Shown here: positions 1 through 7,447 of the stretch, in pieces
Layout of the letters: every line of letters starts with the position of its first letter
Numbering within the stretch: position 1 is the stretch's first letter
IMG/VR virus record: IMGVR_UViG_3300003523_000007
Location: 1 to 34,048 of that record
DNA length: 34,048 nt
Source: a virus
Reading direction: 5' to 3' (one strand)
Position numbers and translations under genes: made by a program
The notes under the pieces: model-generated
What the model was told of the DNA's origin: nothing
Databases searched by the model: none
Seen by the model: only the letters and a program-made list of their open reading frames with translations

Positions 1-49
1 GGCAAAAAGGCGATTGTAAAAGAACGGGCGGCAGCATTAAAGAAAAGCG
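1..49. repeat. Terminal overlap, copy 1 (identical to 34000-34048); indicates a circular, complete contig
   Basis: The 49-nt string ggcaaaaaggcgattgtaaaagaacgggcggcagcattaaagaaaagcg is read at both window ends. An ORF reads cleanly through the join. Confidence 0.95.
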
Positions 50-111
50 TAAACGAATACATAAACGATCTTATCAATGAGGATCTAAACAAAGAAACGG
101 ACGGCAAATAA
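1..111 (+). CDS. 3' end of the junction-spanning ribbon-helix-helix protein gene that starts at 33850 (non-redundant part 50-111, stop TAA 109-111)
   Basis: The frame carried over from 33850 continues as ...KGKKAIVKERAAALKKS-VNEYINDLINEDLNKETDGK*. The strand-helix-helix pattern is typical of Arc/CopG-type proteins. Confidence 0.6.
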   Translation, partial: GKKAIVKERAAALKKSVNEYINDLINEDLNKETDGK

Positions 112-124
112 GACCGTCCGTTTT
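97..124. terminator. Bidirectional rho-independent terminator between the RHH gene (+) and the integrase gene (-)
   Basis: The 8-bp stem ACGGACGG (97-104) pairs with CCGTCCGT (114-121) around a 9-nt loop. It is followed by TTTT on the + strand and by TTCTTTGTTT on the - strand. Confidence 0.6.
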
Positions 125-174
125 ATATTCCATTTTATACCGTTTCTTGTTCCCTTTTACTACACTTCTTTAAC

Positions 175-1896
175 CTATTTACTACACCAAATAAAACGCG
201 CTTCAAGTCCGTTTTTGAATAGGATCGAAGAAACAAGACCGTTTTTAATTTCTATCTTTTCAATAATGGTATTTACAAAGGCTTTCAAAGTTTCATTGCC
301 TACGATCGGGGCGAAATCATTATATATTATTTCTTCGCCGGATTGGATCTTATACGACAAAAGAAATTCGCTTGCAGATTGTACGAAAGACAATTCCGAA
401 ACATCATTAAAGGCGGCTTCTTCGTCGTCGGCTATTTCATTCTTTAATCGCGTAAGATCTTCTTCAAGTTGGGATCTTGTCGTCAAATATTCCCGTTCGT
501 CCATTGCGTCGTCGTCGAATAAATACGCCTTTTTAAGTCGTTCCATTGCCCGCGCGATCTTGTCAATTTCTTTACGCTTCGCAGCAATAGACGCGCCCTT
601 TTCTTTGCTTTGCGGCAGCGGGGCGGGGATATAAGAAGAAGCGGAGCGGGAAACCCCGCGCAGGGCGTCGAAGATTTGCCGAAGTGATCCGGCGTCAAGT
701 TGTTTTATATCCTTGAACGGATCGCCACGAAGTAACCGTCTTTCGACTTCTTCAATTCCGGCGGCGCAGATCTTCCGGCGATCTTTTGAAACCGCAATAA
801 GATTTGATACAAAGTTAAACACGAACGCACCGACAACAATATCGCTTGTATTTGGAGCGTTGCACGCCCGCTTTTGCGTTCTTGTATAACAACGGTAATA
901 TGACGGCTTAAAACCGTTTAGGCGGGTTTTATCCGCGCCCACGCATTGAAAGAACGCCCCACAATCGCAGCAGACCAAAAGACCCGCGAAAACGTGCGCA
1001 TATTTCCTTTTATGGCTTAACCCGTTCAAATTACGGGCGGTATAATTCGCGGACATTTGCTTTTCTACACGGTCGAATAATTCGCCCGATACAAGCGGCG
1101 GGAACACGTCTTTAATATATACGACTTCTTCTTCCGGTTTCTTCTTCCCGCGTGCGCTATGGCGATAATTATATCTATAATCGCCGCGGTTTATAGGATT
1201 GTGCAATATATCGCCGACGGTTTTTGTCGTCCAATATCCGCCGCGCTTCGTTGGGATCGAATTATTATTCAGATAATCACGAACAACACTTGTCGAATGT
1301 GATTTGTCGTATAATTCGTACATATAACGCACGACGTCGGCTTCTTCGGGGTGGTGGATCGGTTTTTCTTCCTTTTCGTCCCACGCCCAACCGTAAGGAA
1401 CGCGCGCGCCGTTCCATTTCTTTTCTTGTGCGCGTCCGATCATAACGCCCGTTACACGTTCGCTTGTAAGTTTTCTTTCTAATTCAGCAAATACAAGGAT
1501 AATTTTTAAGACGGCTTCGCCGATCGCGCTTGACGTGTCGAATTGTTCGTTAAGAGATATAAACGTCGTCCGGTTGTCTTTGAATGTGTCGTACATCAAA
1601 GAGAAATCGACAAGGTTACGACTTATTCGGTCAATCTTATAAACAACAACCCGCGCAACGCTTCCGGCTTTAACCTTTTTCATCATTCTTTGAAACGCGG
1701 GGCGGTCGGTATTCTTTCCGGACTTTCCCGCGTCTTCGTAGATTTCTAATTCGTCCGGCGATAAATGCAGGACGTGAACACAATAATTTTTTAATTCTTT
1801 CTTTTGAAATGGTAAAGAGTCTTTATCTATTTGATAACCCGTTGAAACACGGACATATAAAGCCGTGATCCGGTTATCGCTTCCCGCCTTTTTCAT
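175..1896 (-). CDS. int: Large serine recombinase (phage integrase)
   Basis: 573-aa ORF. The N-terminal resolvase-type catalytic domain includes ALYVRVSTGYQ and VVVYKIDRISRN. It is followed by a recombinase domain, a Cys-rich zinc-ribbon-like segment (LLVCCDCG...YYRCY...C) and a C-terminal coiled coil. Confidence 0.9.
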   Translation of the reverse strand: MKKAGSDNRITALYVRVSTGYQIDKDSLPFQKKELKNYCVHVLHLSPDELEIYEDAGKSGKNTDRPAFQRMMKKVKAGSVARVVVYKIDRISRNLVDFSLMYDTFKDNRTTFISLNEQFDTSSAIGEAVLKIILVFAELERKLTSERVTGVMIGRAQEKKWNGARVPYGWAWDEKEEKPIHHPEEADVVRYMYELYDKSHSTSVVRDYLNNNSIPTKRGGYWTTKTVGDILHNPINRGDYRYNYRHSARGKKKPEEEVVYIKDVFPPLVSGELFDRVEKQMSANYTARNLNGLSHKRKYAHVFAGLLVCCDCGAFFQCVGADKTRLNGFKPSYYRCYTRTQKRACNAPNTSDIVVGAFVFNFVSNLIAVSKDRRKICAAGIEEVERRLLRGDPFKDIKQLDAGSLRQIFDALRGVSRSASSYIPAPLPQSKEKGASIAAKRKEIDKIARAMERLKKAYLFDDDAMDEREYLTTRSQLEEDLTRLKNEIADDEEAAFNDVSELSFVQSASEFLLSYKIQSGEEIIYNDFAPIVGNETLKAFVNTIIEKIEIKNGLVSSILFKNGLEARFIWCSK

Positions 1897-1948
1897 TGTG
1901 GTTTATTCCTTTCGTTTAAGTAAACAATATTATCAACAACAAAACCGC

Positions 1949-2350
1949 TTACCCCGCGTTTTGTCCGGACGCTTCGCCCGCCCTTTTTTCTTCAAGACCA
2001 AGTGACCGTAAAATCATATTCTTTTCGCCGTCCGGCAATGCCCGAAACCGAATAATAATTTGTTCTTCGAGATCCGACAAAGAAAAAGCGGCAGCAGGCG
2101 CGACCGGATCGTTTATTGCGACGGGCATATCATCAACCGCCGCGACAAGATCATCAACGCGCATATTCATAGCCGCCGCAATCTGATTTAATTTTGTTAA
2201 TGTGGGGACAACGGGGCGACCGCTTGACGGCTGCCGTCCGGTTTCAAGCATGGACAAATACGAATTACTTACGCCGGATTGTTTTGCAAAGTCCCGAAGA
2301 CTTAACCCGTGGTCTACACGGTAACTTTTTATTATTTCGCCTAATTTCAT
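1949..2350 (-). CDS. CI-like XRE-family HTH repressor
   Basis: HTH motif LSLRDFAKQSGVSNSYLSMLETGRQ. It is divergent from a Cro-like gene. I moved the start to ATG 2350 (MKLGEI...), which has GAAAGGCGGG 6 nt upstream; the GTG at 2380 in the ORF track lies upstream of that RBS. Confidence 0.8.
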   Translation of the reverse strand: MKLGEIIKSYRVDHGLSLRDFAKQSGVSNSYLSMLETGRQPSSGRPVVPTLTKLNQIAAAMNMRVDDLVAAVDDMPVAINDPVAPAAAFSLSDLEEQIIIRFRALPDGEKNMILRSLGLEEKRAGEASGQNAG

Positions 2351-2384
2351 ACCGTACCCGCCTTTCTTATTAGTATTCACACGT

Positions 2385-2396
2385 TTAATATATTAT
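2385..2396. promoter_or_regulatory. Operator-like site O1 (TTAATATATTAT)
   Basis: Near-copy of the palindrome TTAATATATTAA found at 2458-2469 and 2708-2719. Confidence 0.5.
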
Positions 2397-2420
2397 ACAT
2401 TAGATTAAGAAATTAAACAA
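2392..2420 (-). promoter_or_regulatory. Candidate repressor promoter (-35 TTGTTT, 17-nt spacer, -10 TATAAT on the minus strand)
   Basis: Reverse complement reads ttgttt-aatttcttaatctaatg-tataat. The -10 overlaps operator copy 2385-2396. Confidence 0.5.
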
Positions 2421-2435
2421 TAATAAAAATAGTGC

Positions 2436-2464
2436 TTGACATATTAAACACACACGCTTAATAT
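2436..2464 (+). promoter_or_regulatory. Candidate early rightward promoter (-35 TTGACA 2436-2441, 17-nt spacer, -10 TAATAT 2459-2464)
   Basis: Consensus -35, 17-nt spacer and an A/T -10, about 45 nt upstream of the Cro-like start. Confidence 0.6.
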
Positions 2465-2469
2465 ATTAA
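2458..2469. promoter_or_regulatory. Operator-like palindrome O2 (TTAATATATTAA) overlapping the -10 of the rightward promoter
   Basis: Perfect 12-bp palindrome in the context GCTTAATATATTAAAC. Confidence 0.55.
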
Positions 2470-2510
2470 ACATAAGCAAGGCAAACACGCCGGAAAGGAG
2501 ATAAAACAAT

Positions 2511-2711
2511 ATGGAATACGTCGGAAAACAGATTAGAGAAGAAAGACGGATCACACAAGAAGAATTAGCAAAGATTAGCGGCGTTTCACGTTCCATTATA
2601 AACGGGCTTGAAACGGGCAGGACAGACACAACAACAACAAAAACATTGTTTCGCATTGCAAAAGCCCTTGACGTGAATATAAACGAACTTTTTTCGGGCG
2701 TAAATGCTTAA
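2511..2711 (+). CDS. Cro-like XRE-family HTH protein
   Basis: 66 aa with HTH ITQEELAKISGVSRSIINGLETGR. RBS GGAAAGGAG lies upstream. It is divergent from the repressor. Confidence 0.8.
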   Translation: MEYVGKQIREERRITQEELAKISGVSRSIINGLETGRTDTTTTKTLFRIAKALDVNINELFSGVNA

Positions 2712-2721
2712 TATATTAAGC
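2706..2721. promoter_or_regulatory. Operator-like perfect 16-bp palindrome O3 (GCTTAATATATTAAGC) overlapping the cro-like stop codon
   Basis: Third copy of the TTAATATATTAA core, with extended symmetry. Confidence 0.5.
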
Positions 2722-2750
2722 GGAACAATAGAAAGGCGGGAAAAGCAACA

Positions 2751-3647
2751 ATGAATTATCAAATAAGAAATCACATTCGCTTGATTGAACTTTTCGCGGG
2801 CATAGGGTCGCAGGCTATGGCGTTGCGAGATATGGGCGCAGACTTTGAAAGTTGGTTGACTTGCGAATGGTGGACGCAGGCGAACGCGAGTTACAAAGCG
2901 ATCCACAAAGAGAACGACACAACAGATTATAGCGCAGGCAAGACGCGCGAAGAAATTATCGAATTTCTATTTACAAAAGGAATTTCGGCAGACAGTAAAA
3001 AACCAATGACGCGGCAGCAGATAGCAAAGAAGCCGGAACAATGGCAGCGGGACACATATAACAACATCAAAGCAACAAAGAACCTTGTAAACATTCAGAA
3101 CGTACACGGAAGCGACTTAAATATCGTCGATCCGGATAAAAACACATATATTTTAACGTATTCTTTCCCGTGCCAAGATTTGAGCGTCGCCGGAAAAATG
3201 CGCGGTATGGACAAAGGAAGCAACACAAGATCATCTATGTTATGGGAAGTTGAAAGGTTGTTGAACGAGTGCGAAACATTACCGCAAGTATTACTAATGG
3301 AAAATGTACCGCAAGTAATGGGAAAGAAAAACGAAAAGAATTTCGAGATTTGGCAAGACTTCTTGAAAAGCAAAGGCTATTCAAACTTTGCGCAAATTAT
3401 AAATGCAGCAGATCACGGAGTCGCGCAAGCAAGAAAGCGCGCTTACATGGTTTCAATATTAGGCAATTACGAATATTCATTCCCCGAACCTTACGACCTT
3501 GATAAATGTATGGGCGACTACATGGAAGACGAAGTCGAAGACAAATTTTATTACACAAGCGAACAGACGGAACAGTTAATAAGCGAAAGAAAATACGAAC
3601 AGATCAAAAACAAGACGGTATCAAATACCGTTAGAGGGGGGGCATAG
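2751..3647 (+). CDS. DNA cytosine-5 methyltransferase, N-terminal part (motifs I-VIII), ending at TAG right after a G7 tract
   Basis: Motif I ELFAGIGS, motif IV SFPCQDLS, motif VI LLMENVPQ, motif VIII QARKRAYMV. It ends ...NTVRGGA*. Confidence 0.85.
   Translation: MNYQIRNHIRLIELFAGIGSQAMALRDMGADFESWLTCEWWTQANASYKAIHKENDTTDYSAGKTREEIIEFLFTKGISADSKKPMTRQQIAKKPEQWQRDTYNNIKATKNLVNIQNVHGSDLNIVDPDKNTYILTYSFPCQDLSVAGKMRGMDKGSNTRSSMLWEVERLLNECETLPQVLLMENVPQVMGKKNEKNFEIWQDFLKSKGYSNFAQIINAADHGVAQARKRAYMVSILGNYEYSFPEPYDLDKCMGDYMEDEVEDKFYYTSEQTEQLISERKYEQIKNKTVSNTVRGGA
3636..3642. repeat. Poly-G tract (G7) at the first methyltransferase interruption
   Basis: Counted in the sequence. The -1 frame continues GGG-IGSLDRHEWDAVVV. 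Confidence 0.9.
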
Positions 3648-3719
3648 GGTCGCTTGACCGCCACGAATGGGACGCGGTAGTCGTAAAGAAAAGACAAACA
3701 ACCGAAAGGACGGCGACAA

Positions 3720-3872
3720 ATGGCAAAGAGTAAAGAAGTTAAGCAGATCGGAAACATATTAAAAGGCATTTCGGCGTGGGATAACCCAAGCGTCGGCAGG
3801 GTTTACGATCAAAACTATTGTTCCCCAACTATCAACACTTGCAGCGGGGGGGCAAGCAACCGTACATCATAG
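3720..3872 (+). CDS. 50-aa ORF encoding a methyltransferase target-recognition-domain fragment (possible pseudogene piece or small subunit)
   Basis: MAKSKEVKQIGN...GRVYDQNYCSPTINTCSGGASNRTS*. Same frame as the flanking MTase ORFs. RBS GAAAGGACGG lies 7 nt upstream. It is not in the ORF track because it is under 60 aa. Confidence 0.35.
   Translation: MAKSKEVKQIGNILKGISAWDNPSVGRVYDQNYCSPTINTCSGGASNRTS
3846..3852. repeat. Poly-G tract (G7) at the second methyltransferase interruption
   Basis: Counted in the sequence. The -1 frame continues GGG-KQPYIIVKG. Confidence 0.9.
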
Positions 3873-3890
3873 TAAAAGGAAGAAAAGACA

Positions 3891-4307
3891 ATGTTAAAAG
3901 GTCTAATGATAAAGCAAGCAACAAAACCGGGCGTGATCTTTTGGAAAGTAGGGGGGGGAGCGGACTTATCTTTCCCGACATCTAAAACACGACGCGGCAG
4001 AGTGCAGGGCGACGGCGATTTATCGCCAACCATATTAGCAGGAGCAAACGAGATTTGTTTTTTAGAGGTAAATGACATGAACGAGGATAAAGAAGAAATA
4101 AGACGTATAACACCCCGCGAAGCGTGGCGACTAATGGACTTTAGCGACGAAGATTACGACAAAGCGGCGGCAATCAATAGCCAAACGGCGTTATACGCAC
4201 AAGCAGGAAACGCGATTGTTAGACAAGTGCTTATAGATATATTCGGGCAAATGATCGAACCGAAAGAAAGTGAGGTTGTAAACAATGGGACTTATGGACG
4301 CATTTAA
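3891..4307 (+). CDS. DNA cytosine-5 methyltransferase, C-terminal part (TRD plus motifs IX-X)
   Basis: IKQATKPG...SKTRRGRV...LSPTILAG (TRD and motif IX-like), then ITPREAWRLMDF and QAGNAIV (motif X). AAAGGAAG lies 9 nt upstream of the ATG. Confidence 0.75.
   Translation: MLKGLMIKQATKPGVIFWKVGGGADLSFPTSKTRRGRVQGDGDLSPTILAGANEICFLEVNDMNEDKEEIRRITPREAWRLMDFSDEDYDKAAAINSQTALYAQAGNAIVRQVLIDIFGQMIEPKESEVVNNGTYGRI
3951..3958. repeat. Poly-G tract (G8), in frame (encodes VGGGA)
   Basis: Counted in the sequence. Confidence 0.9.
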
Positions 4308-4866
4308 CCCCGAAGCAACGACAGAAATAAAAGTCGGGGAATTATACCAAATGTTGCAGCAGGCAGCAGAGAACGCGCAGACGGCGAAGTTTTTATTAAA
4401 CGGAGTCAAAAACGAAGTGCCTTATAAGTATATTCGCGAAGTTATAACCGGAGAGAAAGAACCGGACGCAACCGAAGATCCGGTCGTTATGAACGCAAAT
4501 ATCGAGATCCACGCGTCAGAACTTGCAAAGACAATTAAGAAAACAATACTTGACAAGGCAGCAGGAGAAGACGACGAAGACGCCGACCCTTGCGACGATT
4601 GCGTACACTTTGACGATTGCCACCCGTGGAAAGCAGCAGGCAAAGAAGTCACAAAAGAAGACGAAGACTTCCGCCCTTTACCATTTCCGGAAGTATGCAA
4701 GACGCCGGAAGAAGTAGAACGCTATCACTTTTTAGCAGGCGAAACAAAAACAGATCTTGAACATATCGCGTATGAATTAGGGGTATTAAACGGATCGCAA
4801 CTTTCAAAAGAAACATTGTTAGAATACATCATCACGCAGGAAAGAAAGGCAGGCGGGGAAGCATGA
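4285..4866 (+). CDS. Hypothetical acidic early protein
   Basis: 193-aa ORF co-oriented with its neighbours. GAAAGTGAGG lies upstream. I recognise no motif. Confidence 0.6.
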   Translation: MGLMDAFNPEATTEIKVGELYQMLQQAAENAQTAKFLLNGVKNEVPYKYIREVITGEKEPDATEDPVVMNANIEIHASELAKTIKKTILDKAAGEDDEDADPCDDCVHFDDCHPWKAAGKEVTKEDEDFRPLPFPEVCKTPEEVERYHFLAGETKTDLEHIAYELGVLNGSQLSKETLLEYIITQERKAGGEA

Positions 4867-5105
4867 CAAAGACACCGTACACATTAAACGTATTATTACC
4901 GACACTTTCGCCCGCTGCCGTTATTGCTATCTATGAAGAAACAAGAACGGATCACAAAGAATTATTTAAGGGCGTAGTTATCAAGATCGCAAGATCGGAA
5001 GAAGAAAAGATCTTAAAGTTACGCGATAGAGAAGTAAAACATATCGGCGTAAATGAGATCAACAAGGACGCGCAGCATAAAACAATCGAAGTATTTGTCT
5101 ATTAA
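4863..5105 (+). CDS. Hypothetical protein
   Basis: 80-aa ORF with an ATGA overlap onto the previous stop and a GGCGGGG RBS. Confidence 0.55.
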   Translation: MTKTPYTLNVLLPTLSPAAVIAIYEETRTDHKELFKGVVIKIARSEEEKILKLRDREVKHIGVNEINKDAQHKTIEVFVY

Positions 5106-5123
5106 GGCAGAAAGGGGCAGCAA

Positions 5124-5474
5124 ATGACCGTTAAAGACTTTCTTAATATCCTTTACGGCGGTATTCCAACCGTAAGGATCATTGATATAAACGTCCCGCA
5201 GGACAACAACCGCGACAATTCCGGCGTTATGGCGTGCGCTTACCTTGATAGTCTTATGAAGAATAACAGAGAGTGGGCGGCGTTCGAGGATTGCGAAGTA
5301 AAACGCTTCAAAGTAACTCACGAAGTTTCACATAAAGAATATAAAGAATTGGGATTGATCCCGCCGTATCGTCCGGATCTTACGCCGGAATATTCAATCG
5401 GGGATCTTAACCAAAAGACCTATTACGACATTTATATCGACGGAGCAACGGCGGGGGACGGTTGGAACAAATGA
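5124..5474 (+). CDS. Hypothetical protein
   Basis: 116-aa ORF with RBS GAAAGGGGC. Confidence 0.6.
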   Translation: MTVKDFLNILYGGIPTVRIIDINVPQDNNRDNSGVMACAYLDSLMKNNREWAAFEDCEVKRFKVTHEVSHKEYKELGLIPPYRPDLTPEYSIGDLNQKTYYDIYIDGATAGDGWNK

Positions 5475-5710
5475 GAAGAAAGAAAAAAGTTAAAAGGGAG
5501 TTTATAGAAATAGACGGAATGTTGATTTTTGAGCGTAAAGCCTTTTTCAAAGACTATTTAGAAGCACAGATCGGCGCGAATTGGTATTTGATAAAGCGAT
5601 CCTTATTTGACGCAGGCTATACGGCAGAAGAAACAAACGATTATAGAAACAAATTATTAAACGACTTCCGGAGTATGTGCAAAGAACACGGCTTCACGGA
5701 ATACATTTAA
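5471..5710 (+). CDS. Hypothetical protein
   Basis: I prefer ATG 5471 (MRRKKK...), which forms an ATGA overlap with the previous stop, over TTG 5462 in the track. Confidence 0.5.
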   Translation: MRRKKKVKREFIEIDGMLIFERKAFFKDYLEAQIGANWYLIKRSLFDAGYTAEETNDYRNKLLNDFRSMCKEHGFTEYI

Positions 5711-5727
5711 GGAAAGGCGGTTATAAA

Positions 5728-6123
5728 ATGGCGGACGTAGTAAAGGCAGAAATAACAAGGCTTGCGGATATGGAGTTAGAAGCAGCGATCGAAAGATTTA
5801 ACCTTAATCATTCAGATCATGAAAGTTACGCCGTACTTCGCGAAGAAATCGAAGAAGCACACGAAGAAATGATAAACGTTGAATATCTTTCGGGCAGGCT
5901 TTGGGATCTTACAAAGAATAACGCTTCTCCGGAAGCAAAACGCGAAGTATATACAAATATTTACAATACCGCGTTAAACCTTGCCGTTGAAGCAATACAA
6001 ACCGCAGCAATGGCGCGTAAAGGGATCTTATCAAATATAGAGATCTACAAGGAAAGCAACAAAGCGGAAGCGTTAGAAGAAGCCGCCAAAAGGCAGCAGG
6101 CGGAGAAAGGCGGGGGCGAATGA
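5728..6123 (+). CDS. Hypothetical helical protein
   Basis: Internal ATG (MADVVKAE...) preceded by GGAAAGGCGG. The upstream extension in the ORF track overlaps the previous gene. Confidence 0.6.
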   Translation: MADVVKAEITRLADMELEAAIERFNLNHSDHESYAVLREEIEEAHEEMINVEYLSGRLWDLTKNNASPEAKREVYTNIYNTALNLAVEAIQTAAMARKGILSNIEIYKESNKAEALEEAAKRQQAEKGGGE

Positions 6124-6305
6124 TTGCAGCAGATCAAAGAAGCCGTCTTGAAGCGGAGTTGTTAAAGATTGGAATAAAGAACGAAGCGGACTTACGAAAC
6201 GCAATTAAGAAATTGCCCGCGCTTCAAATTGGTATTATGACCGATCCGATCAAAGACAGAACGCGAAAGGGGGCGGGGATATATGCCGGATATGGCAGGA
6301 AATAA
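6120..6305 (+). CDS. Hypothetical protein
   Basis: 61-aa ORF with an ATGA overlap. Confidence 0.45.
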   Translation: MIAADQRSRLEAELLKIGIKNEADLRNAIKKLPALQIGIMTDPIKDRTRKGAGIYAGYGRK

Positions 6306-6723
6306 GATTTACGCCGTTGATTTCGACGGTACATTGTCGCAGGGTGCGCCGTTTCCGGAAGTGGGGACACCAAATAAACCGTTAATTGATTTCTTAATAA
6401 AAGAAAAGGCAGAGGGCGCAAGGATCATTTTTTACACTTGCAGAACCGGACAAGATCTTAAAGTCGCGGTTGTGTTTTGCCAACAAAACGGGCTTTACTT
6501 CGACGCGATAAACGAGAACTTGCCGGAAATGATAAAACTTTACGGCGGAGATACAAGAAAGATCAACGCAGATTGTTATATAGACGATAAAAATTTATTG
6601 TTCCCGACCGTTCCAAGATCCGATTATTTACCGGACAACGAAGAAGAAGCGGCAGCGATCCAAACATACAACGCGGAGCGGGCAGCAGCACACGAAGCGT
6701 ATTTGAAATCGTTAGAAGAATAA
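6283..6723 (+). CDS. HAD-superfamily hydrolase-like protein (nucleotidase-like)
   Basis: DxDGT motif (YAVDFDGTL), a later YTCRTG and CYIDDK, consistent with HAD motifs I, II and IV. Confidence 0.5.
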   Translation: MPDMAGNKIYAVDFDGTLSQGAPFPEVGTPNKPLIDFLIKEKAEGARIIFYTCRTGQDLKVAVVFCQQNGLYFDAINENLPEMIKLYGGDTRKINADCYIDDKNLLFPTVPRSDYLPDNEEEAAAIQTYNAERAAAHEAYLKSLEE

Positions 6724-6757
6724 ACCACAAATAAACCACAAGGGAGATTGAAAGAAT

Positions 6758-7042
6758 ATGTATAAATCATTGTTTAATTTAAGGAACTTCAAAAAGGGGT
6801 TACGTCTTGTTGAGATTATCGCAAAGCAGAACGACCAAAGGGCGATTGATTACGCTTGCGGTTATGCGATCGCAAGTATTAAGGCAATGAAGAAAGCCGG
6901 AAAGATCACAAAGAACCAAGAAAAAGCCTTGATCGACCTTGCATACGATACCGCAGACGATACAACCGCGGAGATCTACGAAGACGAAAGAAGAAGAATA
7001 ACAGAATTGCAGATATTAGACTTTGACGAAATACAAGCATAA
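6758..7042 (+). CDS. Hypothetical protein
   Basis: 94-aa ORF with RBS AAGGGAGA. Confidence 0.55.
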   Translation: MYKSLFNLRNFKKGLRLVEIIAKQNDQRAIDYACGYAIASIKAMKKAGKITKNQEKALIDLAYDTADDTTAEIYEDERRRITELQILDFDEIQA

Positions 7043-7048
7043 ATAAAA

Positions 7049-7087
7049 AGCCCGACGCAAGGCGGGAAACCAAAACGTCGGGCTTTC
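7049..7087 (+). terminator. Terminator-like hairpin
   Basis: The 9-bp stem AGCCCGACG (7049-7057) pairs with CGTCGGGCT (7076-7084), followed by TTTC. The loop is long (18 nt). Confidence 0.45.
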
Positions 7088-7132
7088 AAATAAACCACGG
7101 CTATATTTTAGCAGAAAGGCGGGAAAAACGCA

Positions 7133-7447
7133 ATGTATAAGGAAGAAAAACCCAAGATATACACCGAGTACGACGCAGAACGGCGCGCGCAGGAGATCGC
7201 GGGCGAAATGTTGGCGGGGTGCATTGCAAGGCTTGAAGAATTAGAACAAAACACGTTGTCACTTATGAAATACAACGAAACGTTGCGGGGACAATTAAAG
7301 AAAGGGCAGGAAGCGACAACGCAGCATTTACAAGCGATCATATATTACGACGAAACATATAATCGCTTACCGGACGAAATGAAAGCGAAGTTTAGGGAGA
7401 TCGGGAAAGGAGTAATAAAAGATTATGACTTACCGTATGAGGGATAA
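7133..7447 (+). CDS. Hypothetical coiled-coil protein
   Basis: 104-aa ORF with RBS GAAAGGCGGG. Confidence 0.6.
   Translation: MYKEEKPKIYTEYDAERRAQEIAGEMLAGCIARLEELEQNTLSLMKYNETLRGQLKKGQEATTQHLQAIIYYDETYNRLPDEMKAKFREIGKGVIKDYDLPYEG

Noticed and set aside
215-1749. Plus-strand ORFs (215-634, 1224-1445, 1543-1749) inside the integrase gene
   Set aside because: They overlap the 573-aa serine recombinase, which has clear catalytic motifs, and they have no RBS.
2586-2906. 106-aa minus-strand ORF crossing the cro-like and methyltransferase genes
   Set aside because: It overlaps two motif-supported + strand genes and the palindromic operator, and has no start context.
3645-3875. Idea that the in-frame stops in the methyltransferase reflect stop-codon reassignment (as in TAG-recoded gut phages)
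   Set aside because: The stop clusters include TAA as well as TAG. TAA, TAG and TGA all terminate confident genes elsewhere in the window. Conserved sequence continues in the -1 frame, which points to frameshifts rather than readthrough.
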